This document shows, one piece after another, positions 31,832 through 41,147 of a stretch of DNA of 64,000 nucleotides. The stretch covers positions 9,122-73,121 of the forward strand of contig JAJDOE010000033.1 in NCBI GenBank assembly GCA_022340345.1, in the 5' to 3' direction. A model generated the notes under the pieces. The model saw nothing but the letters and a program-made list of their open reading frames with translations. It was not told where the DNA came from and made no database searches. The stretch is from Gammaproteobacteria bacterium. Lineage in GTDB: Bacteria; Pseudomonadota; Gammaproteobacteria; HyVt-429. The translations under genes were made by a program, and so were the position numbers. Within the stretch, counting starts at the first letter, position 1. Each line of letters starts with the position of its first letter.

Positions 31832-33550
31832 CTACATGGTCTCCGGCGCGGAAACGCCCAGCAGCTCCAGACCGCTGGCAAGCATCCTGCGCGTGGCTTC
31901 CACCAGCCCCAGGCGCGCGGCGCGCAACCGCGGGTCCGCCACCAGAAACTGGTGGGCGTTGTAATAGGTATGCAGGTCCGTGGCCAGCTCCTGCAGCCAG
32001 TAGGCGATCTGGTGGGGTTCCCGGTTGCTCGCGGCGGACTCCAGCACCTCCGGGAAGCGCGACAGGCGGTTGAGCAGGTCCATTTCGTGGGGCTCCACCA
32101 GCAGCGCGTAGTCGGCCGCCGCCAGGTCCCCCGGATCACCGCTCTGCTCGGCGTGCTGGCGGAATACGCTGCAGATCCGCGCATGGGCGTACTGGATGTA
32201 ATACACCGGGTTGTCGTTGGAGCGCGACTTGGCCAGGTCCAGGTCGAAGTCCATATGCTGCTCGCACTTTCGCAACACGTAAAAAAAGCGTGCCGCGTCG
32301 TTGCCGACTTCCTGGCGCAGTTCCCGCAGGCTGACGAAATCGCCGCCGCGGGTGGACATGGAAACCTTCTCGCGGCCGCGGTAGAGCACCGCGAACTGCA
32401 CCAGCAACACGGTGAATGCCGCGCTGTCCCGGCCCATGGCCTCCAGCGAGGCCTGCACGCGCTTGATGTAGCCGTGATGGTCTGCGCCCCAGATATCAAT
32501 GAGCTCGTCGAAGCCGCGCTCCAGTTTGTCCAGGTGGTATGCGATGTCCGAAGCAAAATAGGTGGTCTGACCATTTTCTCGCACCACCACGCGGTCCTTC
32601 TCGTCGCCGAAGTCCGTGGAGCGAAACCACCAGGCGCCGTCTTTCTCATACAGGTAGCCATTGTCCCGTAGCAAGCCGGCGGCCCGGGCCACCTCGCCGC
32701 TGTCGGCGAGGGAACGCTCCGAAAACCAGCGGTCGAACTCCACGCCAAACTCTTTCAGATCCCGGCGAATGTCATCCACCAGAACTTCCATGCCCGCCGC
32801 GTGCACGGTCTGGTACTCGGGGCCCAGCAGCTCCCGTGCACGCTGGATCAGGGTGTCGAGTTGCTGTTCCTCGTCCGCCGGCAAGGACCCGGTGACGGAG
32901 TCTGAATCCCGCTGCAGCGCGTTGCCGAATTCCCGGTGCAAGCCCGCGGCGATATCCCAGATATAGTCTCCCCGGTACCCCTTGGCGGGAAGCGTCACTT
33001 GTTCTCCGCACAGGTCCAGGTACCGCATCCAAACGCTGATGGCGAGGATGTCCATCTGCCGGCCGGCATCGTTGACGTAGTACTCGCAGGAAACGGCATA
33101 GCCAGCCGCACGCAGGATGCGCGCGACGGCGTCTCCGTAGGCGGCGCCACGGCCATGGCCCACGTGCAATGGGCCGGTGGGATTGGCAGACACGAATTCC
33201 AGCAGGATTCGCCGCCCGCCCTGGCGGCCGCGGCCGAAGTCCCTTCCCTCGTGGAGGATCTGTGGCACCAGGGCCTGGTAGGCGGCGGGCACCAGGTGGA
33301 AATTGATGAAACCCGGGCCGGCGATCTCCACCCGCGCCACCCATGGCGAGTCCGGCAGTTGCGCAACCAGCTCCGTGGCCAGTTCCCGCGGCGGACGGCC
33401 GAGTCGTTTCGCCAGCAACAGCGCCACGTTACTGGCGAAGTCGCCGTGGCTCTTCTGGCGTGTGCGTTCCAGGTGCCCGGGAGCGGGCTGCCCGTCGCCC
33501 GGCAGGCGGGACAGGGCGGTGCTGATGAGATCGCTCAGGTGGGCGCGCAT
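31832..33550 (-). CDS. argS: arginine--tRNA ligase
   Basis: 572 aa; class I HIGH (ANPTGPLHVGHGR) and KMSK-like (VSMSTRGG) motifs; ArgS architecture throughout. Confidence 0.95.
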   Translation of the reverse strand: MRAHLSDLISTALSRLPGDGQPAPGHLERTRQKSHGDFASNVALLLAKRLGRPPRELATELVAQLPDSPWVARVEIAGPGFINFHLVPAAYQALVPQILHEGRDFGRGRQGGRRILLEFVSANPTGPLHVGHGRGAAYGDAVARILRAAGYAVSCEYYVNDAGRQMDILAISVWMRYLDLCGEQVTLPAKGYRGDYIWDIAAGLHREFGNALQRDSDSVTGSLPADEEQQLDTLIQRARELLGPEYQTVHAAGMEVLVDDIRRDLKEFGVEFDRWFSERSLADSGEVARAAGLLRDNGYLYEKDGAWWFRSTDFGDEKDRVVVRENGQTTYFASDIAYHLDKLERGFDELIDIWGADHHGYIKRVQASLEAMGRDSAAFTVLLVQFAVLYRGREKVSMSTRGGDFVSLRELRQEVGNDAARFFYVLRKCEQHMDFDLDLAKSRSNDNPVYYIQYAHARICSVFRQHAEQSGDPGDLAAADYALLVEPHEMDLLNRLSRFPEVLESAASNREPHQIAYWLQELATDLHTYYNAHQFLVADPRLRAARLGLVEATRRMLASGLELLGVSAPETM

Positions 33551-33633
33551 GGGGTGCTGATTACCGGAATGCCATTGGCGGGGCGCGATTCTACTGCACG
33601 CCCGGTGCGCTGTGCACCGCCGTATGCCCGTTC

Positions 33634-35832
33634 TCAGTACATCTCCATGGGGTCCACATCCAGCGACCAGCGCACCCGGCGGGTTTCCGGCAGTTCCTGC
33701 ACCGCGTCGAGCCAGGCGCCCAGGAAGGCATGCAGGGGACCGCGCCGGTGGGCCTGCACCAACAACTGCGCGCGGTAGCGCCCGGCTCGGCGTTCCATGG
33801 GCGCCGGCACCGGGTCCAGCACCTGCACACCGCTGGGGGAAGCGGCGCAGGCGCGCGCCCGCTCGAGAAATTTCAGGGCTTCGCCAGCGGCTACCGATTC
33901 CGCCCGCATCAGGGCCAGGTAGCCATAGGGAGGGAGCCCCAGTGCTTCCCGTTCCTTCAGCGCGGCGACGGCAAAATCCCGGTAGCCATGCTGGCGCAGG
34001 GCCCGCAGGTAGGGATGGTCAGGAAATCCGGTCTGCACCAGCACCCGGCCGGCTCGCTGCCCGCGGCCGGCGCGACCGGCCACCTGCATCACCTGCTGCA
34101 TAACGTATTCGCCGGCGCGAAAGTCGCTGCCGAACAGCCCCTGGTCGGCGTTGATGACCCCCACCAGCGTCACCCCCGGAAAGTCGTGGCCCTTGGAAAG
34201 CATCTGGGTTCCCACCAGGATATCCACCCGGCCCTCGTGGACCGCCTGCAGTTTCGCTTCCAGCGTGCCGCGCCGGCGGGTGGTATCCCGGTCCACGCGC
34301 TCAATACGGGCTTCGGGAAACGCGCTCGCCAGGTGCGCGTCCAGGCGTTCGGTGCCCTCTCCCAGGGGATGCAGCTCATCGCCGCACTCCGGGCAGGCCC
34401 GCGGCGCGGCTGCCTCGCCGCCGCAGTGGTGGCAACGCAGCCGCGCCGGGCGCTGGTGCCAGGTAAGCCGCGCGTCGCAACGATGGCAGCGGGCACTGAA
34501 GCCGCAGCTATAGCAGGTCAGCACCGGGGCGAATCCGCGCCGGTTGAGGAACAGCAGTGCCTGCTCGCCGCGCTCCAGGGTCTCGCCGATGGCCACCCGC
34601 AGCGGTCGGCTCAGGCCCTCGCGGACCGGGACCTTGCGAAGGTCCACCAGGTCCACCCGCGGTAGCGTGGCTCCACGGGTGCGTTCCGGCAGGACCAGGC
34701 GCTGGTGGCGCCCGACCTCCACGTTGGCCAGGCTCTCCAGGGATGGCGTCGCCGTACCCAGCACCACCGGGATGCCACAGCGGCTGGCGCGCACGATGGC
34801 CAGGTCCCGGGCGTGGTAGCGAAAGCCGTCCTGTTGCTTGAAGGAGCCATCGTGTTCCTCGTCCACCACAATCAGGCCCGGGTTGCGCAACGGGGCGAAC
34901 ACCGCCGAGCGTGTGCCCAGTACCAGCGCGGCGCTGCCGTCGGCCGCGGCCAGCCAGGCACGTGCCCGCGCGCCGTCGCTGAGCCCGGAATGCAGTACCG
35001 CCGCCGCAACGCCGAAGCGCGTCTCGATGCGTTCCACCAGCTGCGGGGTAAGGCTGATTTCCGGCACCAGGAACAGGGTCTGCTGGCCACGTTCGCGGAC
35101 GACTTCGGCGGCCCGCAGGTAGACCTCGGTCTTGCCGCTGCCGGTGATTCCGTCCAGCAGGAAGCTGCGATATCCACCCAGGGCGCCTACCAGCGCGTCC
35201 CGGGCAAGTTCCTGGGCCGGGTTGAGCTCCGGACCTGTCTGCGTGCTGGCCGGTGCCGAAATACTTTCAGGCGCCTGCGCGGGCTCTGCCAGGCCTTTTT
35301 CCAGCAGCGCCGCAAGCGCCCGCCGCCAGCCGGGGCCAGCCGCCTGCGCCAGCGATTCCGCGCCGCGTGGATCGCCGGCCGCCTCCAGCAGCGTTGCCAG
35401 CACGGCCCGCTGGGCCACCGCACGGGCCGCCAGGGACCCCATTTCCGCGCCGCGGGCCGCCCGCCAGGCGGGCTCCGGCCGCGGCAGGCGCCCGCCCCGC
35501 AAGGGAGCCGGCACCACCGCTTGCAGCACCTCGCCCAGGGGGAAGTGGTAATAACCCGCGGCCCATTCAGCGAAGGCCAGCAATTCCTCCGGAAGCCGTG
35601 GCCCGTTGGGCACCAGCCGGGCGCGCTTGAGGCGATGGGCGGGCACGCCGGATTCAGCGGCATGGCCCAGCACCACGCCGGACAGCTGGCGGCCGCCGAA
35701 GGGAATCCGCACCCGCGCGCCCCGCGGCGGCAGGCGGCCGTCCTCCGGGGGCAGGTAGTCGAACAGGCGGCGGACCGGAACCGGTACCGCTACGCACAGC
35801 ACCGGGCCGGCGGATCGGGAGTGACTACGCAT
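33634..35832 (-). CDS. priA: primosomal protein N' (replication restart helicase)
   Basis: N-terminal 3'BD (VLCVAVPVPVRRLFDYLPP), DExH helicase (GITGSGKTEVY, VVDEEHD), the Cys-rich Zn-finger region (C..C...C..C) and C-terminal domain; start ATG at 35832 (MRSHSRSAGP...). The ORF-track extension to 35985 is rejected. Confidence 0.93.
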   Translation of the reverse strand: MRSHSRSAGPVLCVAVPVPVRRLFDYLPPEDGRLPPRGARVRIPFGGRQLSGVVLGHAAESGVPAHRLKRARLVPNGPRLPEELLAFAEWAAGYYHFPLGEVLQAVVPAPLRGGRLPRPEPAWRAARGAEMGSLAARAVAQRAVLATLLEAAGDPRGAESLAQAAGPGWRRALAALLEKGLAEPAQAPESISAPASTQTGPELNPAQELARDALVGALGGYRSFLLDGITGSGKTEVYLRAAEVVRERGQQTLFLVPEISLTPQLVERIETRFGVAAAVLHSGLSDGARARAWLAAADGSAALVLGTRSAVFAPLRNPGLIVVDEEHDGSFKQQDGFRYHARDLAIVRASRCGIPVVLGTATPSLESLANVEVGRHQRLVLPERTRGATLPRVDLVDLRKVPVREGLSRPLRVAIGETLERGEQALLFLNRRGFAPVLTCYSCGFSARCHRCDARLTWHQRPARLRCHHCGGEAAAPRACPECGDELHPLGEGTERLDAHLASAFPEARIERVDRDTTRRRGTLEAKLQAVHEGRVDILVGTQMLSKGHDFPGVTLVGVINADQGLFGSDFRAGEYVMQQVMQVAGRAGRGQRAGRVLVQTGFPDHPYLRALRQHGYRDFAVAALKEREALGLPPYGYLALMRAESVAAGEALKFLERARACAASPSGVQVLDPVPAPMERRAGRYRAQLLVQAHRRGPLHAFLGAWLDAVQELPETRRVRWSLDVDPMEMY

Positions 35833-35892
35833 GCGCGGGAATTCTACGGCCGGTGGCGACGCGGCGCCCCGCGCCGCTCCAAAGCCGCCTGG

Positions 35893-35919
35893 GTTACCCA
35901 CAGAAGCTGTGGATAACCT
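35893..35919. promoter_or_regulatory. inverted pair of DnaA-box-like sequences in the priA leader
   Basis: GGTTACCCACAGaagCTGTGGATAACC: the right arm contains a perfect DnaA box (TTATCCACA on the minus strand); the left arm TTAcCCACA has one mismatch; 12-bp arms with a 3-nt spacer. Confidence 0.35.
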
Positions 35920-36183
35920 TGTTGACAACCCGTCGACAGGGGCCCGGGGGCAGTGTGGCGCCTGCCGCCAGGGCCAATTGTGCAAAAATTCAGCAACATT
36001 TTTTTGCTATAAAAAACAAATAGTTACGAGATTCTTCCGGCTTTGGCCGGTGACCGCGACGGGTGCATGACCGTTCGATACCGACCCCGGTGGGCATGTG
36101 CATAAGTGGCACAGATTCGCCCTTGAAAAATCAAGGCCTTAGCGTCGCCAGCTGAGGCGACTCCTGCGTGTGGAACGCTTGTT

Positions 36184-36873
36184 TCACGCGCGCCGCAGCA
36201 GCGCCAGCCAGCGCCCGACATTCACCAGGCTGATCAGCGAAGCGGCCAGGTAGGTCAGGGCGCAGGCAGTGAGGATGCGGCGCGCGGGTTTGCGGTCTGC
36301 CGGAGCCAGATACCCGCCGCGCTCCAGGATCGGCAAGGCCTTGCGAAAACTGGCGTCCAGTTCCACCGGAAGGGTCACCGCGTGTACCAGGGTCGCAGTG
36401 GCCATGGCCGTCAGCCCGACCAGCAGCAGCACGGCACCGGCCGACGGAGAGCGGGTCAGCACCGCCAGTACCGGGATCGCGATCATCGCGAATGCGCCGA
36501 AGCGCTCAAAGCCCCGGGCCGCAAGCACCAGGCGCGTGCGCAGCGCCAGGGGCCGGTATCCCTGGTAGTGCTGGATGGCATGCCCGACTTCGTGGGCGGC
36601 CACCGTGATCGCGGTCAGGGAACGTCCGCTGTAGTTGTTCTCGCCCAGCCGCACGCAGCGGGCCTGGGGATCGTAGTGATCCTGACCATCGCCGGTCGAC
36701 TCCACCTGCACGCCCTCCATGCCGCAGCGCCGGATCAGGTGCTGCGCCAGTTCGCCTCCAGTACCGCGAATATCCGCGCGCGCCACGCTGTGGCGGTGCA
36801 GCACCGATCGCGCCCACCATTGGGGAGCAAAGATCAGCGCGGCCAGGAGCAGCAGGGCGAAAATTATGGGCAT
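36184..36873 (-). CDS. membrane zinc metallopeptidase (HExxH; Zn_peptidase_2/YpfJ-like)
   Basis: TM N-terminus, HEVGHAIQH zinc-binding motif, C-terminal TM helices; 229 aa. Confidence 0.7.
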   Translation of the reverse strand: MPIIFALLLLAALIFAPQWWARSVLHRHSVARADIRGTGGELAQHLIRRCGMEGVQVESTGDGQDHYDPQARCVRLGENNYSGRSLTAITVAAHEVGHAIQHYQGYRPLALRTRLVLAARGFERFGAFAMIAIPVLAVLTRSPSAGAVLLLVGLTAMATATLVHAVTLPVELDASFRKALPILERGGYLAPADRKPARRILTACALTYLAASLISLVNVGRWLALLRRA

Positions 36874-36876
36874 GCT

Positions 36877-37083
36877 TCAGCGCCGCAGTAGCAGGGAAAT
36901 CGCCAGGCTCACCAGCACCAGGCCGGTGATCGGAAAATAGAACCGGAAACCGTCGCGTTCGATGCGGATGTCCCCGGGCAGTCGCCCCCCGGGCAGTCGC
37001 CGCAAGTGAAGCTGCGCCAGCAATGGCCACAGCAGCGCGAGAGCCAGGCAGGCCAGGCCGAGAACCAGGAAAAGCTTTTGCAT
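36877..37083 (-). CDS. small membrane protein, DUF2905-like
   Basis: 68 aa, two TM helices, RIERDGFRFYFPITGLVLVSL pattern; ATG at 37083. The ORF-track extension to 37383 is rejected. Confidence 0.55.
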   Translation of the reverse strand: MQKLFLVLGLACLALALLWPLLAQLHLRRLPGGRLPGDIRIERDGFRFYFPITGLVLVSLAISLLLRR

Positions 37084-37168
37084 GGCTGCCGTAAGCGGGC
37101 TCCTGCGCGGCGGGAGGGAAAAGCCTATCATCCGGGCGCCTGGCCGCGCAGAAGAAGGCCATTGATTC

Positions 37169-38053
37169 ATGCAGCCGACGGAAGAAATTTCGCGCCAGAT
37201 CAGCGAGACAACCGGTGAGACCTTCAGGGTGCGCCGGCAGTGGCCCGTGGCTGGCGGCTGCATCAACACGACCCTGGTCCTGGAAGACGGGCCGCGGCGT
37301 TTTTTCGTGAAGCTGAACGACGCGGCGCGACGGGACATGTTCGAGGCCGAAGCGGAGGGCCTGGGCGAGATCCTGGCGGCCAATGCCCTGCGGGCTCCGC
37401 GGCCGCTGTGTCATGGTTGCGCCGGAGACCGTGCCTGGCTGGTACTGGAGTACCTGGAGTTGGGTGCCGGTGGCCAGGCGGCCGAGACCGCGCTGGGGGA
37501 GGGGCTGGCGCGTTTGCACCGGCGGAGCCAGCCGCGCTTCGGATGGCACCGGGACAACACCATCGGCGCCACCGCCCAGCAAAATTCTCCGAATGCCGAC
37601 TGGGCGACATTTTTTGCCGAACGACGCCTGGGGTTCCAGCTGCGGCTGGCAGAGCAAAACGGCCACGGGGGGCGCCTGCTCGATCACGGCCACACGCTGT
37701 GCGCGCGATTGGGTTTTTTCTTCAGTGATTACCAGCCGAAGCCCTCCCTGTTGCATGGTGATCTGTGGGGAGGTAACTGGTCGGCCGATGCCGAAGGTCG
37801 GCCGGTGATCTACGACCCGGCGGTGTACTTCGGCGATCGCGAGGCGGACCTGGCCATGACCGAATTGTTTGGCGGCTTTGGAGCCAGCTTCTATTCCGCG
37901 TACCGGGATCAGTGGCCGCTGGATTCGGGCTATTCCGTTCGCCGCACGCTCTATAATTTGTATCACGTGCTCAACCACCTCAACCTGTTCGGTGGCGGCT
38001 ACGCCGGCCAGGCCGGGGCGATGATGGATCGCCTGCTGGCGGAATGCGGCTGA
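37169..38053 (+). CDS. fructosamine/ketosamine-3-kinase family protein (YniA-like)
   Basis: FFVKLN, LLHGDLWGGNW, and the DPAVYFGDREADLAMTELFGGF segment characteristic of the fructosamine-kinase family; 294 aa. Confidence 0.85.
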   Translation: MQPTEEISRQISETTGETFRVRRQWPVAGGCINTTLVLEDGPRRFFVKLNDAARRDMFEAEAEGLGEILAANALRAPRPLCHGCAGDRAWLVLEYLELGAGGQAAETALGEGLARLHRRSQPRFGWHRDNTIGATAQQNSPNADWATFFAERRLGFQLRLAEQNGHGGRLLDHGHTLCARLGFFFSDYQPKPSLLHGDLWGGNWSADAEGRPVIYDPAVYFGDREADLAMTELFGGFGASFYSAYRDQWPLDSGYSVRRTLYNLYHVLNHLNLFGGGYAGQAGAMMDRLLAECG

Positions 38054-38373
38054 ATCCGCACCGGCGCAACGTCATCAGTGGCAGGGCGCGCGAACCCGGA
38101 ATTTTGCAGCCGGGCAAGCCCTTGTCCGGCGGTGGTTTTTTCGCTGGTATTCGGGTCAGCAGCCCACCTATAATTCCCCGGCGCACAGGAATTCCCCTTC
38201 CCGATTGTTATTTCAGAGCATCTTCCCGCCCGTCTTATCCATCGGAACGCCTGGATTTCCACGCTGAATCTGTCATCCGGAAAACCATCCCATAGCCATA
38301 ACCAGAAAGCTGAGATGCGGATGCCTTTTTTGGTGATTGTGCAGACACCTGAGAATGAGGAACGGAGAGTTCA

Positions 38374-38727
38374 ATGAAAATGTACGTCGGTAACCTTCCC
38401 TGGAGCGTGACGACTGCCGATCTGGAGGAGATGTTTTCCCCGTTCGGCGAGGTCACCTCGGCGACCCTGATTTCGGACCGGGAGACCGGCCGCTCACGGG
38501 GATTCGGCTTCGTAGAAATGTCGGAAGAGGACGCCACGCGCGCCATGGCGGACCTGGATGGCAAGGATATGAAGGGGCGGCCGCTTCGTGTCAGCCAGGC
38601 CCAGGAACGCCAACCACGCAGTGGCGGTGGATTCGGTGGCGGTGGCCGCGGGGGCGGTGGCCGCGGTGGCGGGGGCGGTGGTCGCGGTGGCGGTGGCGGT
38701 GGCGGTGGCGGGGGCCAGCGCTACTAG
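38374..38727 (+). CDS. RRM-type (RNP-1/RNP-2) glycine-rich RNA-binding protein
   Basis: RNP-2 MYVGNLPW and RNP-1 RGFGFVEM motifs, followed by an RGG/Gly-rich tail; 117 aa; preceded by a ~320-nt untranslated leader. Confidence 0.85.
   Translation: MKMYVGNLPWSVTTADLEEMFSPFGEVTSATLISDRETGRSRGFGFVEMSEEDATRAMADLDGKDMKGRPLRVSQAQERQPRSGGGFGGGGRGGGGRGGGGGGRGGGGGGGGGGQRY
38622..38715 (+). repeat. GGN (GGC/GGT) trinucleotide-rich simple repeat encoding the Gly/RGG tail
   Basis: ggtggcggtggccgcgggggcggtggccgcggtggcgggggcggtggtcgcggtggcggtggcggtggcggtggcgggggc; in-frame low-complexity repeat. Confidence 0.7.
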
Positions 38728-38820
38728 TCCGCCGCCGACCGGCCGCTAGCCGTGGGGACCAAGGAACGGTTCCCCGCGCCGCCGGGCGGAAGTTTTCCGC
38801 TGCAGGTTGCTACGCGGGCG

Positions 38821-39435
38821 TTAGCCCGGGCGACGCAGGTGTCGTAACTCCCCGAGCAGCGCGTATTCGCTGGCTCCCAGCCGCGCTACCGGGTCCAGGG
38901 CTTTCACGTCCAGCTTGAAGCGGCCCTTGGAATCCGTGGTGACGATTCGGTCATCCACGTAGACGCCGTGTACCGTCGCCAGCGCCAGTCCTTGTGCGCC
39001 GTCACCCAGTTCCAGCATCTGCTGCAGCGTGCAGGCAAAAGCGACGCGAGCCCGTTCCAGCCGCGGTACCGGGAAGGATTCGAAGGGCACGACTTCCAGA
39101 TTGCTGGCGCTGAGTTCGGACTCCGCCTCGGGCAGACTGGCTGAACTGGCGTTCATTTCTTCCAGCAGTTCCGAATCCACGATGTGCACCGTGAAATCCC
39201 GGCGCTCGGCAATATTGCGCCGGGTATCCTTCCGGCTGCCGTCCGGCTTGCGGCCAATGGAAAGCATGACCATGGGTGGCGCCGAGCACACCGCGTTGAA
39301 ATAGGAAAATGGCGCCAGGTTGAATCCCCCGTCGGCATTGCGGGACAGGGTCCAGGCGATGGGGCGTGGCACCACGGTCTGGGTGAGCGTGAAGTACACC
39401 TGGGACGAGCTGAGTTTCTCAAAATCCACAAACAT
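38821..39435 (-). CDS. flavin reductase-like (FMN-binding split-barrel) protein
   Basis: VVPRPIAWTLSRNADGGFNLAPFSYFNAVCSAPPMVMLSI matches the flavin-reductase-like domain signature; 204 aa. Confidence 0.8.
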   Translation of the reverse strand: MFVDFEKLSSSQVYFTLTQTVVPRPIAWTLSRNADGGFNLAPFSYFNAVCSAPPMVMLSIGRKPDGSRKDTRRNIAERRDFTVHIVDSELLEEMNASSASLPEAESELSASNLEVVPFESFPVPRLERARVAFACTLQQMLELGDGAQGLALATVHGVYVDDRIVTTDSKGRFKLDVKALDPVARLGASEYALLGELRHLRRPG

Positions 39436-39561
39436 CAGTAATTTCTTTCCTTTCGATTGGCATCCTAAGCGGGTGCAGGAAGCACAGCGCTTCGTTTCGC
39501 CAGGTATGCGGTGCGAGTCCGCCGCACGCTGCCCGGGCGCGGCGCCGGTTGCATCCGCGCA

Positions 39562-39966
39562 CTACGCGGAATCGCGTTTCGGCAGGCCGGCCTGCGCCAG
39601 GTCCTCGAGGGATGCCTGCCATTGGTCAGCGAACTGTTCCAGGCTGTCGATGAAATCCGGGTCGTGCTCGGTGCGGTTGATGGTCGCGTGGAACACCAGC
39701 CGGTGCGTTTCGCCAGGCAGCGGCTCGCGGGTCACGGTCCAGGCGAAGGCATTGGGACAGGCCGGCATGGTGAAACGGATGCCGCGGCGGATGATCTCGC
39801 GCTGAATCTCGAATTCTCCCCATACGCTCCAGAGCCGGCCGCGTTCCCCGTGATCCTCCAGTAGCGTTTCAAAGGACGCGCTCAATGCCGGCAGCGCGCC
39901 CACCGTCAGCGTCGATTCCAGCGCCGCCTGCGGCAGGTTGCGGTCGATGAAGCGAAAGAATTCCAT
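39562..39966 (-). CDS. hypothetical cytoplasmic protein
   Basis: ORF with ATG at 39966 (MEFFRFIDRN...), 134 aa, no recognisable motifs; sits between the flavin reductase and DUF2891 genes on the same strand. Confidence 0.4.
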   Translation of the reverse strand: MEFFRFIDRNLPQAALESTLTVGALPALSASFETLLEDHGERGRLWSVWGEFEIQREIIRRGIRFTMPACPNAFAWTVTREPLPGETHRLVFHATINRTEHDPDFIDSLEQFADQWQASLEDLAQAGLPKRDSA

Positions 39967-40005
39967 GCCGCGGAACCTTGCCACGGTCCGGCCTGCCGCC
40001 ACAAG

Positions 40006-41103
40006 TCAGCGGATCGGCAGGCCTCGTTGGCTGGCAAGGTACATGGCAAAACTGCCCAGCCAGTGTCCGCCGGCGTAGTGGGCGCCGGTAACCGAGGTCA
40101 GGCCGGCGCGTGCGTTGTCCGCCGCCGCCGCCAATACCGCTGCCCGGCGCGGGTCCGATTCCGCCAGCGCGGAGGCAATACCTTCCAGCATCCACGCGCG
40201 GCTCAGGTTGAGGCCGTCCAGATGCGCCAGCTTGCCGTCGCTGGCGTCGGTAACCACCGCGGGCGGTAGCCAGCCGCCACCACCGTTGCCGGGAATCCCC
40301 GGCAGGAAACCACCCAGCCAGTCAGCGAATTCCGCGCTGGTGAACACCCGGCGCATGAGATCCGCCTCGGCGATACAGGGAGACAGGAAATCCTGACCGC
40401 CCGGTTCGTACCGCAGCGGGCAGTCGCGGTCGGCGGCGTAAAAATGCAGCGAGCGCCGTGACAGCAGATCGGCCATTTTCTGATCGCCGCTAGCTCGCGC
40501 CCAGTCCAGCACCAGGCCGAAGGCGAAGGCGGTCTGCGAATGCTCACCAATCCGGATCGGGTGAGAAAGTTTAGGCAACCACTCGGCCAGGCGTGCGGCA
40601 GCGCGTTGTTCCAGCGGTTGTATATCCTTTGCCCAGCGTTGCGCGTCGGGATCCTGCCACTCGCGTAGTTCCGCGGAGAGCTGCAACAACCAGGCCAGGC
40701 CGTAGGGCCGTTCGAAGGAGCGACGACCCGCGCCGTCCAGGTAGCGGGCTTCCGCCGCCAGCCGCTCGCTGGTGAGACTGGCGGCCAGGGCGGCGCGGGC
40801 ACGGGAGGCGAGCGCCGAGTCCGGGAACTGGCGCAGGAACCGCACTAACTGCCAATGGCCATGCACCGACGAGTGCCAGTCGAAACAGCCGTAGAAAGCC
40901 GGTGTCAGTTCTCGCGGTGGCCGGGCGTCCGCGTCGCTTTGCAGCACGTGGGCGATCTTGTTCGGGTATTCACGGTGCACGCATTCCAGGGCCAGGCCGG
41001 CGAAGTGCTCGGCGCTGGCCTGGTGGAAGGATTGTGCTGGCACCGCAACCGGCATCAGCGGGCCGGCGGCCAGCGCCGCCACCACCAGAAGTTGTTTCCG
41101 CAT
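40006..41103 (-). CDS. DUF2891-family secreted protein
   Basis: Signal peptide, then the conserved CFDWHSSVHGHW...GEHSQTAFAFGL...HWLGSFAMYLASQ pattern I associate with DUF2891; 365 aa. Confidence 0.75.
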   Translation of the reverse strand: MRKQLLVVAALAAGPLMPVAVPAQSFHQASAEHFAGLALECVHREYPNKIAHVLQSDADARPPRELTPAFYGCFDWHSSVHGHWQLVRFLRQFPDSALASRARAALAASLTSERLAAEARYLDGAGRRSFERPYGLAWLLQLSAELREWQDPDAQRWAKDIQPLEQRAAARLAEWLPKLSHPIRIGEHSQTAFAFGLVLDWARASGDQKMADLLSRRSLHFYAADRDCPLRYEPGGQDFLSPCIAEADLMRRVFTSAEFADWLGGFLPGIPGNGGGGWLPPAVVTDASDGKLAHLDGLNLSRAWMLEGIASALAESDPRRAAVLAAAADNARAGLTSVTGAHYAGGHWLGSFAMYLASQRGLPIR

Positions 41104-41147
41104 GCAATCACCGCCGTTCGTTTGGGTCGCGTGCAGGATCGCCGAAC

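Noticed and set aside
35986-36221. 65-aa ORF (36024..36221, minus) in the priA upstream region; possible rpmE.
   Set aside because: The translation is Arg/Gly/Ala-rich with no resemblance to ribosomal protein L31, and it overlaps the promoter and terminator region. A GTCGCC-agctga-GGCGAC hairpin there is more likely the terminator of the zinc-peptidase gene.
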